DNA of 64,000 nucleotides. Origin: Eledone cirrhosa (Eukaryota). The notes beneath the pieces are model-generated. The model had not been told where the DNA came from and made no database searches. It saw only the letters and a program-made list of their open reading frames with translations. Numbering within the stretch: position 1 is the stretch's first letter; every line of letters starts with the position of its first letter. The stretch covers positions 303,056,001-303,120,000 of the forward strand of contig OZ024740.1 in NCBI GenBank assembly GCA_964016885.1, given 5' to 3'. Shown piece by piece: positions 12,926 to 28,702 of the stretch. Made by a program: the position numbers and the translations under genes.

Positions 12926-15900
12926 ATTATTAATCACTACATGTATAGTCCTCCACCACTAATTCATATCACTTTTTTTCCTAGATTTTATCATTCACCA
13001 TGATCATTTTTGTACAGTTACTTTGCCCTTTAGTACTCAGACTCTTTCCTAGTTTACATTTCAATATACTTTATATAAACTGCCTTTTGCATGAAGAGAG
13101 ATATTCATACTCTTTGTTGCCAATATAAGTAAGAATTTCCAAATTGTCTCACATACTTTTCATTATCTGTAGCTAAACATTCTCATCTAATTAATATCAC
13201 TCATTATGAAGTATCATTGAAGCAGTATAGGGTATGATTGTATAGTCACAAAAACCGTCAGTAATACTAGTGCATCTGATGTAGCTAAAGTTCTAACTCC
13301 ATATGACATATAATGATAGGGAAAAATAATTGAAGTGCTATTAAAATATATTTCTTAAATTCTTGTTTATGTCATTCAACCACATATACAAACTAGCATC
13401 TTAGATCTTAGCAACAAACATCTTGTAACTGTTTACTCAAACATACTTTTCTCAGTATTTGACTTCAGCATTTCTAAATTTAGAATTGTAGGCTTAAATC
13501 ACCTATTTTTACTAGCTATGCTATTTCTGCTTCAAATTATTTTTACTGTTTTTATCCATCATTCACTCCTACCATGAGTGAAATGAGTTTAAAAAATATG
13601 GATATCTGCCAACTGTTTGGGACTAGTTTTTACACCTGAATGCCCTTTTTACTTCAATCATCTAAATTTGATATAGGAATGGTATCTATTTTTGCCAGGA
13701 AATATGTGTCTCACTAAGGAACACAACTTAAAATATGCACTAGGTTTGAACTCTTAACTGCTTAGTCTGTAGTGCAAATTGCTTTACAAATTTTATCTAC
13801 ACAGCCACATTAAAATGTATGTAACATCAAGTAATTAATGGAATACTTTTCCCACAAAACATTTTTAAATATACCCAGATATGATAGATCTAACATTGAA
13901 TATCTTTTTTTCTTGAGGAAATAAAACTTGATTTGGTTTACTTTTACCTTGAAAACAATGATATTATATTAGAATTAATTTGTTTTACATATCTTTTTGT
14001 GTATTATATTGTGTTGGTTATAATGTAATTTTACTTACATTTTATTTTAAATAATATATGATTATGCATAAAATGTATCATGTTTTTTTTTAACCAACAA
14101 AATATTTCATATTTTCATTTAATGTAAAAAAAATTGTAAATAAAATGAAATTTTTCAAAATTTTGTTCCTAAATACAAGAAGTTATTTTAAACTATCTTC
14201 TTCAAAATTAATTTTTACATTGACATATTTTGTTTAATAAAATTTTTTCCTTTATTCAAAATACTGTAATGAACTGGAAAAATTATATTTTACACCAGGT
14301 TCCCTGAAAAAATCTGTTTAAATGATACTATTTTGTAAACACATGAAAGTTGTAGCTAATATATATTTTCCATCAAGATATTCTTTTCTGATGTTCTTAT
14401 TTACTTCAACAATATTAATTTATTAATTTGATTTATGAATATATATATATTTCATGAAATATTCCAATAAAGCATGTTTTATATAAATTATATCTACTAA
14501 GGTTATCTACTTGACTAACCCAAAATATTTCAAATTAGTGAAAAATAAGAATAAATTAGTGTCTTTTTTATATACTAATTAAATTTCCACAAAGATAGTA
14601 AAACATAATCACACAAACATAATCAATTTAATGATCTCTGTCTATTTCCAATTGCCTGAGCAAAGTATAATTTGATTGAAAATTAGATTATCATAGGTTG
14701 CCTACAATTGATCTTAGATTATTGATATTTTGCAAATGCTGAGATAAATCTGCATGCATGCAGGCTTCAAAATATTAAAATTTTGTGTCCCAGCATAGTC
14801 TCAGCCTGTCGGCTGGACCACATAATGGAGTACTAGACTATCCATGGCCAATTGCAAGTAATAGGCATAAGTCTATGTGAGCACATTTGTGGATGTCTAA
14901 CTCAACGTTTTTAGATTTTTATGATTTAACTTGACAAATACCATATATCACAGTTTGACACACTAAGGTTGTAATATACAGCTGTCATAAATACTGGTTC
15001 AGGATGTGGATGAATATATTCTCTCTCTCCTAATTCCAAATTCTCTCTGGTTTGTTACATTAGAGAGATTGTAGTATTACTTCCTAAAATGTTATATCAA
15101 TAATGCATTTGGGGAAATTAGAGACTGCATGTGCTATACATCCCTGAAGATGGCTAGTAACTATTCTGTTGGATTTGACATTGACAACTATCATATGATC
15201 AAGTGAATACATACTCTTTACTAATATTCTCCTTTGATAAGTTTCTTTTTTATTTTGTTCGTTTAATTTTAGAATAAATCTTACTAGACATATTTGAGAT
15301 GCTGGCCATCATATTTAGCTGCCAAACAAAATATTTTAAAGTTCACAAAACTTAGAAAAGTGTGAAATTATGTGTGACACAATCTCACTCTTTTGTTAGA
15401 CATGGACAAAAGTGTATGTTAATTAATTGTCCAGTACTTTACTGATACATATTTTGTTTTGACTTTTAAGCAATAAAAGTCAATATTAACAACAGCATGA
15501 CTTATCATTCATTTTATTACTTAACTAATCTGATCATCTCTACTATCCTAACATATGTAATTAATACATCTATTTTGTACATGTATAACAACTTATTTGT
15601 CCTGTTTGCACCTAAGAAGCTATAATTTGTTGCTGGTCAAATTCAGAAAACAAGTCAAATTATAGAGAGATAAGACAGTATGAATATTACAGTATTACAC
15701 TTACAAGTTTGATAGCATAATTGAAAACATGCAATGTTGGCCCATGCTTTTTAAAGAAATAAAAATTGTATAAAGGAAAACCAAATTTTTCAGTTACATA
15801 AGTTCCTATTTGCAAATATCACCCAAACCATGCTGGAAATATGGAAAATTGGAGAGATAGAGTTTATGTAAGTTCATATTGGAATTTACATATTAAAAAA

Positions 15901-17102
15901 AATGCACCCTGTAACGAATCTCACAAAAGCTTAGTCAAGATCATCTATAAAATGATTTTTTTGCAACCTTGTAAAAAAATAAACAAATTGATATTGTATT
16001 GCAATGTATAGAATAGGCATAGGTTCTTTGTGAGTGAAATCTGGCACTCAGTTTTGAATCTAAGTTTAAATTATTTTTCTTCACATCCTTAATCCTTTTG
16101 ATAAAAAGCTGGCCAAAACCAGCTCTAATTCTTTGAGACAAAATTACTTTTCAAAGTGTTCCTATTTAGATTAAAATCTTCCAACATAATTTTAGATGAG
16201 AATCATATGTTAAATTAATTAATGTTAAATATTGATAATTAATTAATTAACATGATTATAAATAGGGTCACAAAAGTGTTAATGTCTTTGGAAAAAGCAT
16301 AACCATTATAATTTGCATCTTTCCTCCTTATGAGCATCATATAAGAAATAATTATTTTGTTAAGCAAATGTGATTTCTTTATACATATACAGATGTGAAA
16401 TAATTACAGATACTAATTTTAATATATATGCTTAAACAATAGTTTAAGTTTATATTCATTAGATTACCAAATTTTACTTATGATGAATAATATATTTTTC
16501 TTCAAGGGTCTATTTAAAAATATACCAATAAATTTAACATTTTACCAAAACTTTAAATTTGGAATGATTTATTTTTAATTCAGCAAAATCAGTAGGCCTT
16601 GTTCATAATGCTATAAATTTGTTGAGATATTAACAAATGTCACTCCCATAGAAATGGCTCAATGATTAGATACAGAAAATTTAATATATACATACTTAAA
16701 CATGAGCAATACTCTGTATATGCAGATATCTTTATTTTTCTAAATGGAAGGTTTTGTGATATGAAAAATGAAATAAATATATAGTTGCAACATTTATGTG
16801 TAATCTGTGATAATTTTGTGTTTTTTCAAGCAACGATGTTAAATTATATGTAACTTGGAGTGAAACACTTCATTTATGATACTTATGTAAAATATATATC
16901 TGATTTTTCTGCAATTTATTTCAGTTTAATGATTCACCTGTCATCCTAAATAGCTTTATAAATAAATCTAAGGTAGATATGTTTGAAAACATGAATTTAA
17001 ATTAATAAAGGTTAAACTTTAGAACATTTTAAAATATAAATCTCATGGGGGAAAAAAAAAGTTAAACTTCCTTGATAATGTTTAAGTTCACAATAAATGC
17101 TA

Positions 17103-18630
17103 TTCTTCTTCTTCTTCTTCTTCTTCTTCTTCTTCTTCTTCTTCTTCTTCTTCTTCTTCTTCTTCTTCTTCTTCTTCTTCTTCTCATTTTCGTCCCCTCA
17201 GAGGGTCATGGGGAAGAATCCTCAAACACTCCTTCCAGCAGGTCCTGTGAGATGCAGCCAACTCTAATTGATCTGGGTGAATCTCCAAGCGAGACCAGCT
17301 AGGCTTGTGGATATTATCCAAACATCTTGCTTGGAATCCAGCAATTCTTTCCTGAAACATTCTAAACACACACCCATAGTATCAGAGCTCTGATCTTTTA
17401 ATTCGAAGAAGTATCAGTTCTACTTGGAGTAATTCTCTAATCTCTGAGCTACACACTCTATTGAGTAAAGATACTCCTAAGACCCTTTGGAGGAAACCCA
17501 TTTCAGTCACTTGTATTTGCAATCGTATTCTTTTGGTCATTACTAAAGATTCAGGACCAATACTGAATTGAAGATAACAGGATTTTGCCTTTACATCTTC
17601 TTCTGATGAATGAATGCTAAAGCTGTGTCATTACTACATCAGCTCCTACAATTCTTGCAATTAATTCAGTCTCTTGCCTTCCATCACTTGTGAACATGGC
17701 CCTAAGATACTTGAATTTCTCCACCTGATTCAGTGGATCTCCACTCACATGTAGAGTGCACTACACAGACTTCCTTGATAGGATGAGTATTTTAGTTTTT
17801 GCAGCACTGATATTCATTCCTGCCATGCAGCACTTGGCATCAAACCTATCAAGTGCAAGTCAGAGATCACCTTCTAATGAGTTAAGTAGAACCATGTCAT
17901 CTGCAAATTTCAGCTGACTGATCCTACACTCACCAATCTCGATACCACTTACAACTTGGCTGCACATGTCAATCCTGTTTATGAAAATTATGAACAAGAG
18001 ATCTGACACTTACTTTGAATGATTTCGATGTAGCACTATTTATCTAAACACAAATACTAGGGTATTCATACAGAGACATTAAGGCAACAAGAAGCCATTC
18101 ATCGATCCTATACTCCTGCAGAACCTTCCCAAACAGGTCCCATGGAATGCAGTCATATGCTTTTTTAAGGTATATGAAACACACATACACCTCATGGCAA
18201 TAATGACATAATTTCTCAAAGACCTGCTACAGTGTGAATATGTGGTCAGCTGTGCTGCATCCAAAGCAAAAAACACACTGTTCATCAGCATTAGCTAATG
18301 TGAACTTAACAATATCCCTATATCTCTGTGCCAGACTTTACCAGGGAAGCTTAACAAGGAGACACCTCTATAATTGGAACTCTTTTTTAAAAATTGGGAT
18401 TATCACCTCCAGTTGCCATTGCTTAGGTGCCTTTTCAGCGATGCAGGCCACATGGCACACATGAGTCAGCCAGAAAATATATTCTCTATTTAAGGCTTTT
18501 AATATACTACCCAGTGGCCCTGCCTCATTTGAACTTTTTAATTGCTCTTTTGACCTTAGCCTCTGAAAGGTTATTCATCACTCCCAGATGCACCTCATAT
18601 ACCTCAGAAGATGCTGAATTCCTAAACCTA
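17103..18630 (-). mobile_element. RTE-clade LINE 3' portion (RT pseudogene) with (GAA)n tail
   Basis: Minus-strand LFIIFINRID...LKFADDMVLL...MNISAAKTKILI...QVEKFKYL; the (ctt)n tract at 17104-17184 is the 3' tail. Confidence 0.85.
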
Positions 18631-20550
18631 GTCACAAATGCTATTATAAGCTAAATCTTTCATAGCTATCTTTTATGTAATATCATGGTTCATACTAAAA
18701 TATGTAATTACTAATAATTAATGGGTGTACTCAGTGAGAAAATTAGTAAACAATAGTTACATTTCCATATAGAATACATTGATAGACATATATATTATAC
18801 ATGTATTGATTCAGTGACCTAATTTGATAGAAAATATTCATGCATACATAATAAATAAGAGTGAGATTTTTTTCGGAATTGTCTAATTAATAAATCTCTA
18901 AATAGATTTGTTTACAAAATTCAAAGCTGGCACCAAAGCAATATTCTCCCTAAATTTTATATTGGAGAAATGGTAAAAAATGTACTAGTAGCCAATATAT
19001 ATGTGTTTCATGTCCATGAATCTGTATATGTTGACTAACTCAATTCATCAACACATCAGCTGGATGAGAAAATTTGAATAGTCTCCAAGTCAAATTGCTA
19101 GACTGACTTCAACCACCTTTACAAAACATATATTATGAACACTTTTTACTAATAAATATATTCTTTGGTTATGCTTCTAATTTTGGGGCTGGATGCCCTT
19201 CCTATCACCAACCACTTTACAGAATGGACAGGGTGCATTATTTGTGCCACCAGCACTAGAGAGGTTGTAGAGTCCTCTCTACTTGGTATCAGCTTTTATT
19301 TAGGAGAGTAGACATAACTGTAGTGAAAGCCTTCACTACAGTTATTGTAGTTGGACATAAAAACGATAATGATATTCAGTTTCAAACCAGGTTGAAACAT
19401 TCATTTAGTTTCAAGAGAATTATGAATACATTATGATTTGTTTTAATCACATGCTTTTACAGTTTTAATACAACACTAATACAACACAGATTTTCTGATC
19501 ATCAAGTAAAAGTTAATAAATTACATATCATTACATATGCTTTTCATATATCATTTGTGGAACAAATTTTTGATGAAAGTGTGTTGAATATGCAGCACAT
19601 TCTAGAGATAGTCTCATATCCATTGAGATAAGATAAGATAAATACAAAATTCGCTAATATGAAACATTTTCAACAATTTTCAATAGAACATATATAATTC
19701 TTAATAATGATTTCCACATAGTAATACAAATAATATACTGTGTATTCAAATTACAAAACATGTCATATATATCTCACTGTGACAGAAATTATTTGAGGAT
19801 TGAAAGATTTAAAGCAAAGAGAGAAAATGCAATTAACAATGAAATTATAATTTCAACTTTATTCTATTTATGTCAGCTTTAATATATCCAAATTCTGGAG
19901 TGCAATAATTTATTATTCTATTTAAGATTAGGAAGTGGTATAAGGTTGATAAAATGCTCTTAGAGAAATTACATAACCTATTAAGGTTTGTTGACATAAA
20001 AATCATATAAAGGGATACAAACATTCATTTTATTTCATTTTTATTAATTAATACATTATGTAATTATTATCAATATAAAAATTTCAATAATCTGTCACCC
20101 AAAAATATTTTATGCACATTATTTCAAAATAGCCAAAATAGTAAATTTCTTTGTTTAAACTTATTGCAGAAAATCAGTTATATATTACCAAGAAATAGTC
20201 AGTACCGGTACTTTTTTACAGCCGTCATGACTATCGACAATTGTATTATTCTTATATATATTCCTCAAATATTAAACTCATATTTCTATATGAAATTTTT
20301 GTCATGTAGAATATATTGTCAATACTTGATTCATTTCAAAGATTTTATTGTATTAATCTTTTAATTAAATTTCTTTTTATTCTTAATTCTATCTCAAAAC
20401 ATACTAATCCAATTGTTTGCTTTCTTCAAATTCAACAAATTCACGTGGTTTTGCATTAAAGATATTTGAGGAATATATATAAATCTATTGATATTTTCTT
20501 TTTTTTTCTTTTTCTTTACTTTCTGTTTTCTTGCTTGCCAATTTGCCCAG

Positions 20551-20586
20551 TATCTTCATGGTATATTGGGGAAATTCTAGATCCAG
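20551..20586 (+). CDS. Candidate 36-nt micro-exon of an unidentified host gene
   Basis: ~55-nt polypyrimidine tract with three TGC motifs, CAG acceptor, CAG|GTAAAT donor; length 3n; phase 1 reads SSWYIGEILDP. Confidence 0.5.
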
Positions 20587-23500
20587 GTAAATCTACTTCC
20601 TCCTCAGATATAAGATGTTACTTTTTAACATTGATAGTTGTATTCATCTTCATCCTTATTATCACCACCATCCTTATCATTATCACCATCATCATCATCA
20701 TATAATTTTTTAAATTATTATTAGATACAAATAATTATAATTATTCTTACCAGAGTGTTTTCACTATCAACTTCTTATATCGATATCATCATTATTACTT
20801 TAGTCAGCTATAGGCACCGTCATTAATTCCAGAGCTCTTACTATTATTCTCTTTAAAATTATTTATCAAGGTTATCATAATTCATTAGCAATGCATTATT
20901 TTCATTTTCATTAATAAAGTATTGTTTCAGTTATCTCAATTACAGTTTTTTTATTATCATTATTGGCTTATATTTAACAAAATATTCATTAACATTCCAA
21001 TTTGTTTGGAATTTTATTATCAATCAACTAAAGATAATAGCTAGGAGTTCAATAAGAATATTTGCTAAAATCATTTCATTATAATCTTTTTAATTCAATG
21101 ACAATGCTCCCTCTTCTGATGATACTTATCTGAAACTATATATTTCTCTCAAATGCTGTTAGCTTTTTCTTCTCTAATTAACCATATTATCACCACATAA
21201 ATATAAACAAAATATATTTAAATACATAGATAAAGCATAAGCATGATATTGAGCAATACTAAAACCTTAAACATTTGGCAAGTTTAAGCAAGTGAATTCA
21301 AATAAATGATAATTTTTATTGGTTAAAAATTCTGTGAGTTGATTCAAGATTGGTTTTTTTTGTTTTCCATATTAAGAATATAGTTATTAGTAAATGTGTA
21401 GGAATTGAAAAGGTGTTTTGCCTTCAAAGCAAACAACAAATTTTATTTTTGTACTAAAAATATGGAAAAGTATATAGTGTACATTAGCTGAATTTTTTAA
21501 TAGGTGCTTGTTCCTCCACTTTATAAATCACCAACTAGATCAAAATAAATCACTGAGGGATCACTTGATCTGTTCAAAATAGGCATCAAAATTCATTTAA
21601 ATCACATCCTACCATCTTTAAAAAACATATAATGTAATTCAAGATACAAGTTTTAAAAAACGCACAGGATGGTCACAGAAGAAACATGTTTTATTACATG
21701 TCTACTTAATCATAACTGATTAATGTTATTCATAACTTTTTGATAGTTAAAAGGCCTTAAGTACTTAGTAATCATTTTTGTCTCACCCCTTAACTTCAGT
21801 ACAGTCAATTTTAGGTTTACCAGGGTTTCATAGAAAGAGTTTCGTTCATATTTATGTCATGTAAACAAAAATGTTAAGTTGTGGGTTTAAAATGTTTATG
21901 GAGGTATATATAACTAAGACCGTATATGCCGCCACTAAAATATAAACAAATCCAAATCATATCCATGCCTGCTGCAAACCCAAACAAACACAAACGACAA
22001 GGGCACAATAAACTCTACCACCAAAGCCATACTGCATCAGTCATAAATTAAATTCAAGCACATCATTCAAAATCATACTTCAGCCATTTCAGCCAAATAA
22101 CACCCAGGCTGCTCCACTTATTAGTATAAGGATGGTGGATGCCAGCAGGCTGCAGCCTCTGTATTACATATTTTCTATATTGCTCTATATGTATTTTAAT
22201 AACTGTTGATCCTGCTAACTTTAACCAACATTTCCTTAATTAAACATAATAAGTTATGAATCTTTCTGATGACCTCAGATTAGATGAAGTACATCACATA
22301 CTTTAAGTCCACTTTGTGGAATGTCGGGTCAATTACTAATTTTCCTGTTGTATGTATCTTAGATCTTTCAGTTTCAGTATAACATAGATAAGCCTATTGG
22401 GTTACACTTTAAAAACCAAGTATATCAAATTATATTACATTTATAGTGATTTTCTTAATATCTTAGTGTTCCTGGATATAAATTTGTCTTTGTTTTTGTT
22501 TTTTGATCATCATAAACTTAGCCTTCTATCTCAGGTAATTAAATATATAGCTAAATCCTGAAGTCAGTCTCATATTCTCTGCATATAATGCATATTCTTA
22601 CTTCACTTTAATATTAAATTTGTTAATTAGAGAGTTTTATTATATATATATTCTTCTAAATTATCTAATTGATCACAAAAAGTAGTTCTTTATTATTATT
22701 CTAAATTTTAAGACATATAACACACTTATGTAAAACATGGTTTTAGGAAAATCGATTTGAGCACAACTAACTACTCTATTTTCAGGTTCATCATTATACT
22801 GATTTATCAATTAGACGAACATTCAAAATAAATTGTTTAAACAAAATATATCAAATACATATTAAAAAAATGTTTAACTACAAGTTATGGGGAGTCCTTA
22901 TAGAAACTCCATATATTTTATTAATAATGTATTGGGGATTTCTTTTTTGGGGTCTTCCATGAACCTTTACAAACATCACCTCACATGTGAATGAGATAAA
23001 ATACAAAAGAATATGATAATTGATTTAATCTGATATATCATTACAAATACTTAAGTTTAAGTTGCAAAAGGCAGAATTTAAAGAAGGAGAAAGTGAGATA
23101 CAGAAAAAAAGTACATTTGTTGTGTGTTACTTTATGGATATATCCAAACATTGTAAGAAAAAAGAATAGCAAGAGAACAGGTAAAACAAAAAACGTTTAT
23201 TTATAGAATTTACTTAAATTTTGTTTCTGTTTTAAAACAAGTGTCTATAACTAATTTATACATTTGATCAAGTTGATGTAACAATTCTGAATACATGTTT
23301 GTGTGTGTGATTGATATAAAAAGGCAAAAGAAAATGAGAGAAAATCATTGCAGTAAGCTTATATATTTATAGTGATAAACCTCCTCAAACTTGAACAGAC
23401 TTAAGTTAGTTTTCCTGATGCATCATCATCAACATTAATATCATTTTAACGTCCACGTTCCCTACTAGCAAAGGTTGCACAGGTCTATATAGACCAAGTT

Positions 23501-23959
23501 CATACTGAAGGAGAGCAACTGATCTCCCAAGCAAGCCATGGATCTGTGTCTCACTTATGATGGTCTCACGTTCCATTAAGTAGAAGATAATTGACAGCTA
23601 TTTTCTTTTACATAAAAGGATTGCTATTTAGTATTCCAAATCAGTCCTGGATCTGAACAATACATGGCTACATTTCAAAATATATACCTACTTTAACATC
23701 ATGAAAGTATATGTCATTCCACTCAATGTATACACATGCATACAGTATTTATGCACTCACATACATATATATATATATATAAGAAAGAGTGTATGTGTGT
23801 GTATATGTGAGTGTATGTGTGTGTTATAAATTTAGTCATAACAATTAATAGACAAATGATAGAATTGTTTGGAGCGAATCCATTGAAAAGCTCCACTCGA
23901 AACATTGGCGTCAACTTCATCGCACATTTCAACACCTTCTTCTATTATATATGTCTGAG

Positions 23960-24018
<59 letters not shown>

Positions 24019-24345
24019 CATGTGTGTATGTGTGTGCGCATGCATGTATGTGCATATGTATGTATATATGTGTGTATTTATGTATGTGTGTCATTGAAAA
24101 AGATAGTTGGTATGTTCATCTCTCTTCCAAAAGCTGACCAATAAATGAAGTGAAACAATTATAATCATGAACCAAGCCAGGTTGTATTTAGAGATCACTT
24201 GAAATTTAACTTTAATCTAAAGTGCTTACTGCAATAAATATAGTAAATTTAGATTATTTTACACAAAAGCATAAAACACCATCCAGTTCGTATATTTTCT
24301 TCTAATATATACGCATTATATATATGCATTATATATATATATAGA

Positions 24346-24529
24346 GTGGTGGATTGGCAGTATCAGTAGAGAGTCGGACACCATGCTTTGAAGCATAGAG
24401 TTACGTCCCTTTATGATCTGAGTTCAAATCCCGCCGAGGTTAACTTTGCCTTTCATCCTTACGGAGTCGATAAAATAAAGTACCAGTAATGTACTGGGTA
24501 ATTGCTGGCCTTGTGCCTAAAATAGAAAC

Positions 24530-24530
<1 letters not shown>
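24346..24530 (+). mobile_element. Full-length tRNA-derived SINE inserted in att(ta)n
   Basis: Same family consensus; flanked by att(t)atatatatatata. Confidence 0.9.
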
Positions 24531-24573
<43 letters not shown>

Positions 24574-24919
24574 ATATGTGTGTGTGTGTGTGCAGATAGG
24601 CAGTTAATGAGTCACATTGCTATAACTCAGAGTTTAAGAGGCATAGAATCATATGTCTAATTGATCAGTATTTGCTAACATCTGATCAATTAAACACCTT
24701 TGTATATGCATATGAAACTCTCAGTAATGATTGAAATTACAAATATATCTTCTATGTGTATATGAGTGTGTGTGTGTGTGTATATATGTATGTGCCTGTG
24801 TGTGTGTCTGTGTAGGTCTGTGTGTGTGTCTGAATGTACACATGTGGGAACATATATTAATATTTGGATAAATATATATACATTCACATAGAAATATGCT
24901 TTATTATTATATATATAAA

Positions 24920-25445
24920 GGGCAGTAAATTGGCAGTATCGGTAGAGGGTTGGACGCCATGCTTTCTAGCATAGTTACATCCCTTTACAGTCTGAGTTCA
25001 AATCCCGCCGAGGTTAACTTTGCCTTTCATCCTTACGGAGTCGATAAAATAAAGTACCAGTAATGTACTGGCCTTGTGCCTAAAGTAGAAACAATTATTA
25101 TATATATAAACTATATGCAGCATAGCTATGGCCCTTTGCATTCTGAGTTCAAATCCGCTGAGGTTAACTTTGCCTTTCATCCTTACGAGGTCAATAAAAT
25201 AAAGCACCAGTGGTGCACTGGGGTAATCGCTGGCCTTGTGCCAAAAGTAGAAACTCTTTAGGGGTGGATTGGCAGTATCGGTAGAGGGTCGGACGCCATG
25301 CTTTGATGCATAGAGTTACGGCCCTTGCCATTCTGAGTTCAAATCCCGCCGAGGTTAACTTTGCCTTTCATCCTTATGGGGTCAATAAAATAAAGTACCA
25401 GTAATGTACTGGGTAATTGCTGGCCTTGTGCCAAAAGTAGAAACA
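24920..25445 (+). mobile_element. Stack of three SINE copies
   Basis: Copies 24920-25093, ~25116-25254 (5' truncated) and 25261-25445; TSD attattatatatataaa at 24903, 25094 and 25446. Confidence 0.92.
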
Positions 25446-27866
25446 ATTATTATATATATAAACTATTACAGCATGCAGAAACCACATTGACTATTTAGAA
25501 TAAACATATACTGTTACTCTTGAAATTATATTACTAAGAGTATATTGTTGAAAACTATACTTCCATAGATAACACTTATTGAATTCTATTCTGATATCTC
25601 ATTTTTAAGATAAATTAATTCATAAAATATCCATGTGTTAATTGCTTTGGTTGTTTTCTTCATATACTCACCAAAACAAACCTATGACTTTCACAACTGA
25701 TGTTTCTCTTTGGTTTATGTTGTATGTATATGTTAGTCAGTATCAGTGTTATATTACATTTCTCTTGCACATGGCCATGTAGGCTGTCCTATTTGCACTG
25801 CACCATAACTATCTTGTCTGTGAACTTAGTTCAGTGTAAAAATGGATGAAAATTACTGACTAATTACTGAAATCCAGTTAACAATATAATCATTTTATAA
25901 AGGGCATCAACATAAAACCTAAAGATTTGTTTGCAGGAGATTTAAAATTTGCTTCTGTTTACAACGCTCCAAAAATAAAAATTTTGTCCATAGAACATAT
26001 ATTTGTATTGTAGTATATTTCCATCCTATACAGTATTTTTCCATCCTTTCTTATGTTTCTAAGAAATCATTCGTTTTACCACTAAGAAATCATTCGTTTT
26101 TCTTCATCTTGTTCCACATCTTTCCCTGTTGCTCATTTTATTTTATTTTATTCTCTTAGTATACTTCTTACATATTAACATTTTTATGTAGATTATTTTC
26201 CTGCCACCCATACGTTATCATAATTTTAATATTTCACTACTCATAGATTAAATATGTATACTTAAATAACGGCATGCTCTCTTTTTACTTTCCTTTGGTC
26301 TCTTTCACACGTTCAAATTATCTTATGATTTTGACATAGTTATACAACTTTACATTGTAGTTCAGATAATTAGCTTTCTTAGACATAAACCACTTCATAT
26401 TAACACGTATCAAATCAGCTTTTTTAATAAAATCCTTAAATGTGTGAGATTATTGAATGTCACAAATAGTTTACTATTTTCTTTATAACACAAGGAGCTT
26501 TGATAAAAATTTAAACTACTGTAAACATTAGTTTTTAGTGGTAATTTTAAATTTGGATATCAAAATTAACTTGTTATTTCAGTCCTGATTTAATTATATT
26601 TCAATACTGATCAAGAGAATACACAAATGATTTGTATCTGCTAGATAATTGTTTTAAATATTTCTTTTGGTTAGTATCTAATCCAAATTCCCTTTCATAG
26701 TAGAAAACAAATTACAGTTAATAATTACAAATCATTATCGATCTGGTTTATACTTAAAATTAATCCTTTTGAAGACTTCTTCATTTACAAATTATCGAAA
26801 ATTGCATACAATAAAATTAACTAATCAATTGATCTATCAGCCAGAAGGAAGTTCATAGCAGAACTAGTAAAAACAATTTAAGAAAAAAGAGAAAATAAAT
26901 TGGCAGAAGAATTATATGAAAAAAGAAATCCTATTCAAAATTAATTCCTTTGAATTTTAAATAGCTGATGTGGCAACATATTTCTCCATATTACACCATA
27001 CCTAATATTTCATATATATTTCAAGAAGACTTTGTTTTAAAGTGTTCATGCATGAGAATATTTCACTTTACATCTTTAATTAACTAACTTGATTATATTT
27101 ACAAATATGATGTCAGGGAAATATACTTCAGATATCTAATCATGAAATATAAATACCCCATTTTAGTCTATAGATCTGGGTTGTTTTCTCTTATTATATT
27201 TAAATTTTCAAGAGGAATACAGTATAAAGCCATCCACCAAAAAAACAAAACTTCCATTCTCTAGATTCATAGCATTTTAAGGAAAAGTATTATTTTCAAA
27301 CTATACGTTCTCAAACGGTTGAAATTCATCATATTGGTTCTGAAATCTAACAAACTATAACAGAATGTATCTCTTGATTTTCTTTACTTTTCAATATTTT
27401 TATGAATATTTTTTTTATAATTTGATTTATTTTCTTTGCACCTTAAACACGAGTTTCGCACAACACATATATTCTATTAAGTTCAATGTATGAGTGATTT
27501 ATTTTTCACCCATTTTCATTTAATTTTTTTTTCATTTGATAAGATTGTAATATTTTTTACTTTCCTTTGGTTTCGATCACATATATATATATATTTATAT
27601 ACATAATCTATATATCAGTATAAATGTGCAAGATAAATAAAGATTCAGAGTGGGAGTGGTTTCAGGTCAACCACTAGATATATATACTGACACAAGCATG
27701 CACACATACACACACGTGCATATATATATGCACAAATACAAAATCTTATTAGTTTCATGTTTAGAAATAGATAAATGAGGTTTTTAATGTGGTTGACATA
27801 AGTTCTTCATCGTCATCACCGTTTAAAATTTTAACATCAACTTTTTCTTGCAAGCATAGTTGGACA

Positions 27867-27913
<47 letters not shown>

Positions 27914-27946
27914 TGTGTTTATGTATGCATATTTATACACACACAC

Positions 27947-28003
<57 letters not shown>

Positions 28004-28702
28004 AATAGATATATAGATATAGCTGTAGTTATGTAGATATAATTCTTGGTTTTTATTTTTTAATCTTAATAGGAGATTGCCAAATTAGTTTCTAAAAATA
28101 TAACCTTTATTTTAATAAAGATTTAAAATATGATTCATTAGTTCAGTCCAATTAGCATTCTGTCTCAATATGTTTTAGAATTTATCCTTTCTCAGTGGAA
28201 TTCATTTTTATAATTCTTTGCTATATTTCTATAGATATTAGTTGTGATCAAAAATAGCATTTTTTCATCTTAATTTTTAAATAAACATATACCAGTGATA
28301 TTTATTATACCTCTGTGTATTGTTATTTTTCTCTACTGTTCCAATCACTTTTACAATTTAAGAAATGTTTATAGTGGTAGTATTGTACTCTGGCTCTTAA
28401 GATCTGTATTTAGGATTCCATGAACATTGGGTGTAACTATTTTAAGAAATCAGCCAACACATGGACTGCAAAGCTGTTCTCAAGCCATGAAGGAATTCCA
28501 GACCCACAGAAAAAATGTCACTACTACAAAGAAATACATCACTATTAAAAAATAAGAAAACACCAATGAAGACAAGAAATCCAGCAGCTGTGTATATATA
28601 TATAGTGCAATTTCCTACTATCATTTCTGTGCTGATCACTGCAAACTAACTCACATACTAACTTTTCTTTCTTACTTGTTCATTTGAGTGAAATAAACTC
28701 AT

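Noticed and set aside
17072-17302. Poly-Leu 'signal peptide' ORF
   Set aside because: It is the (CTT)n tail of the adjacent RTE LINE
22260-22335. CTGATGA possible hammerhead
   Set aside because: No intact GAAA/UH and no stem I pairing
23885-23926. TTGAAAA...CGAAAC...GTC hammerhead-like string
   Set aside because: Stem I cannot form and stem II is a single pair; at most a decayed relic
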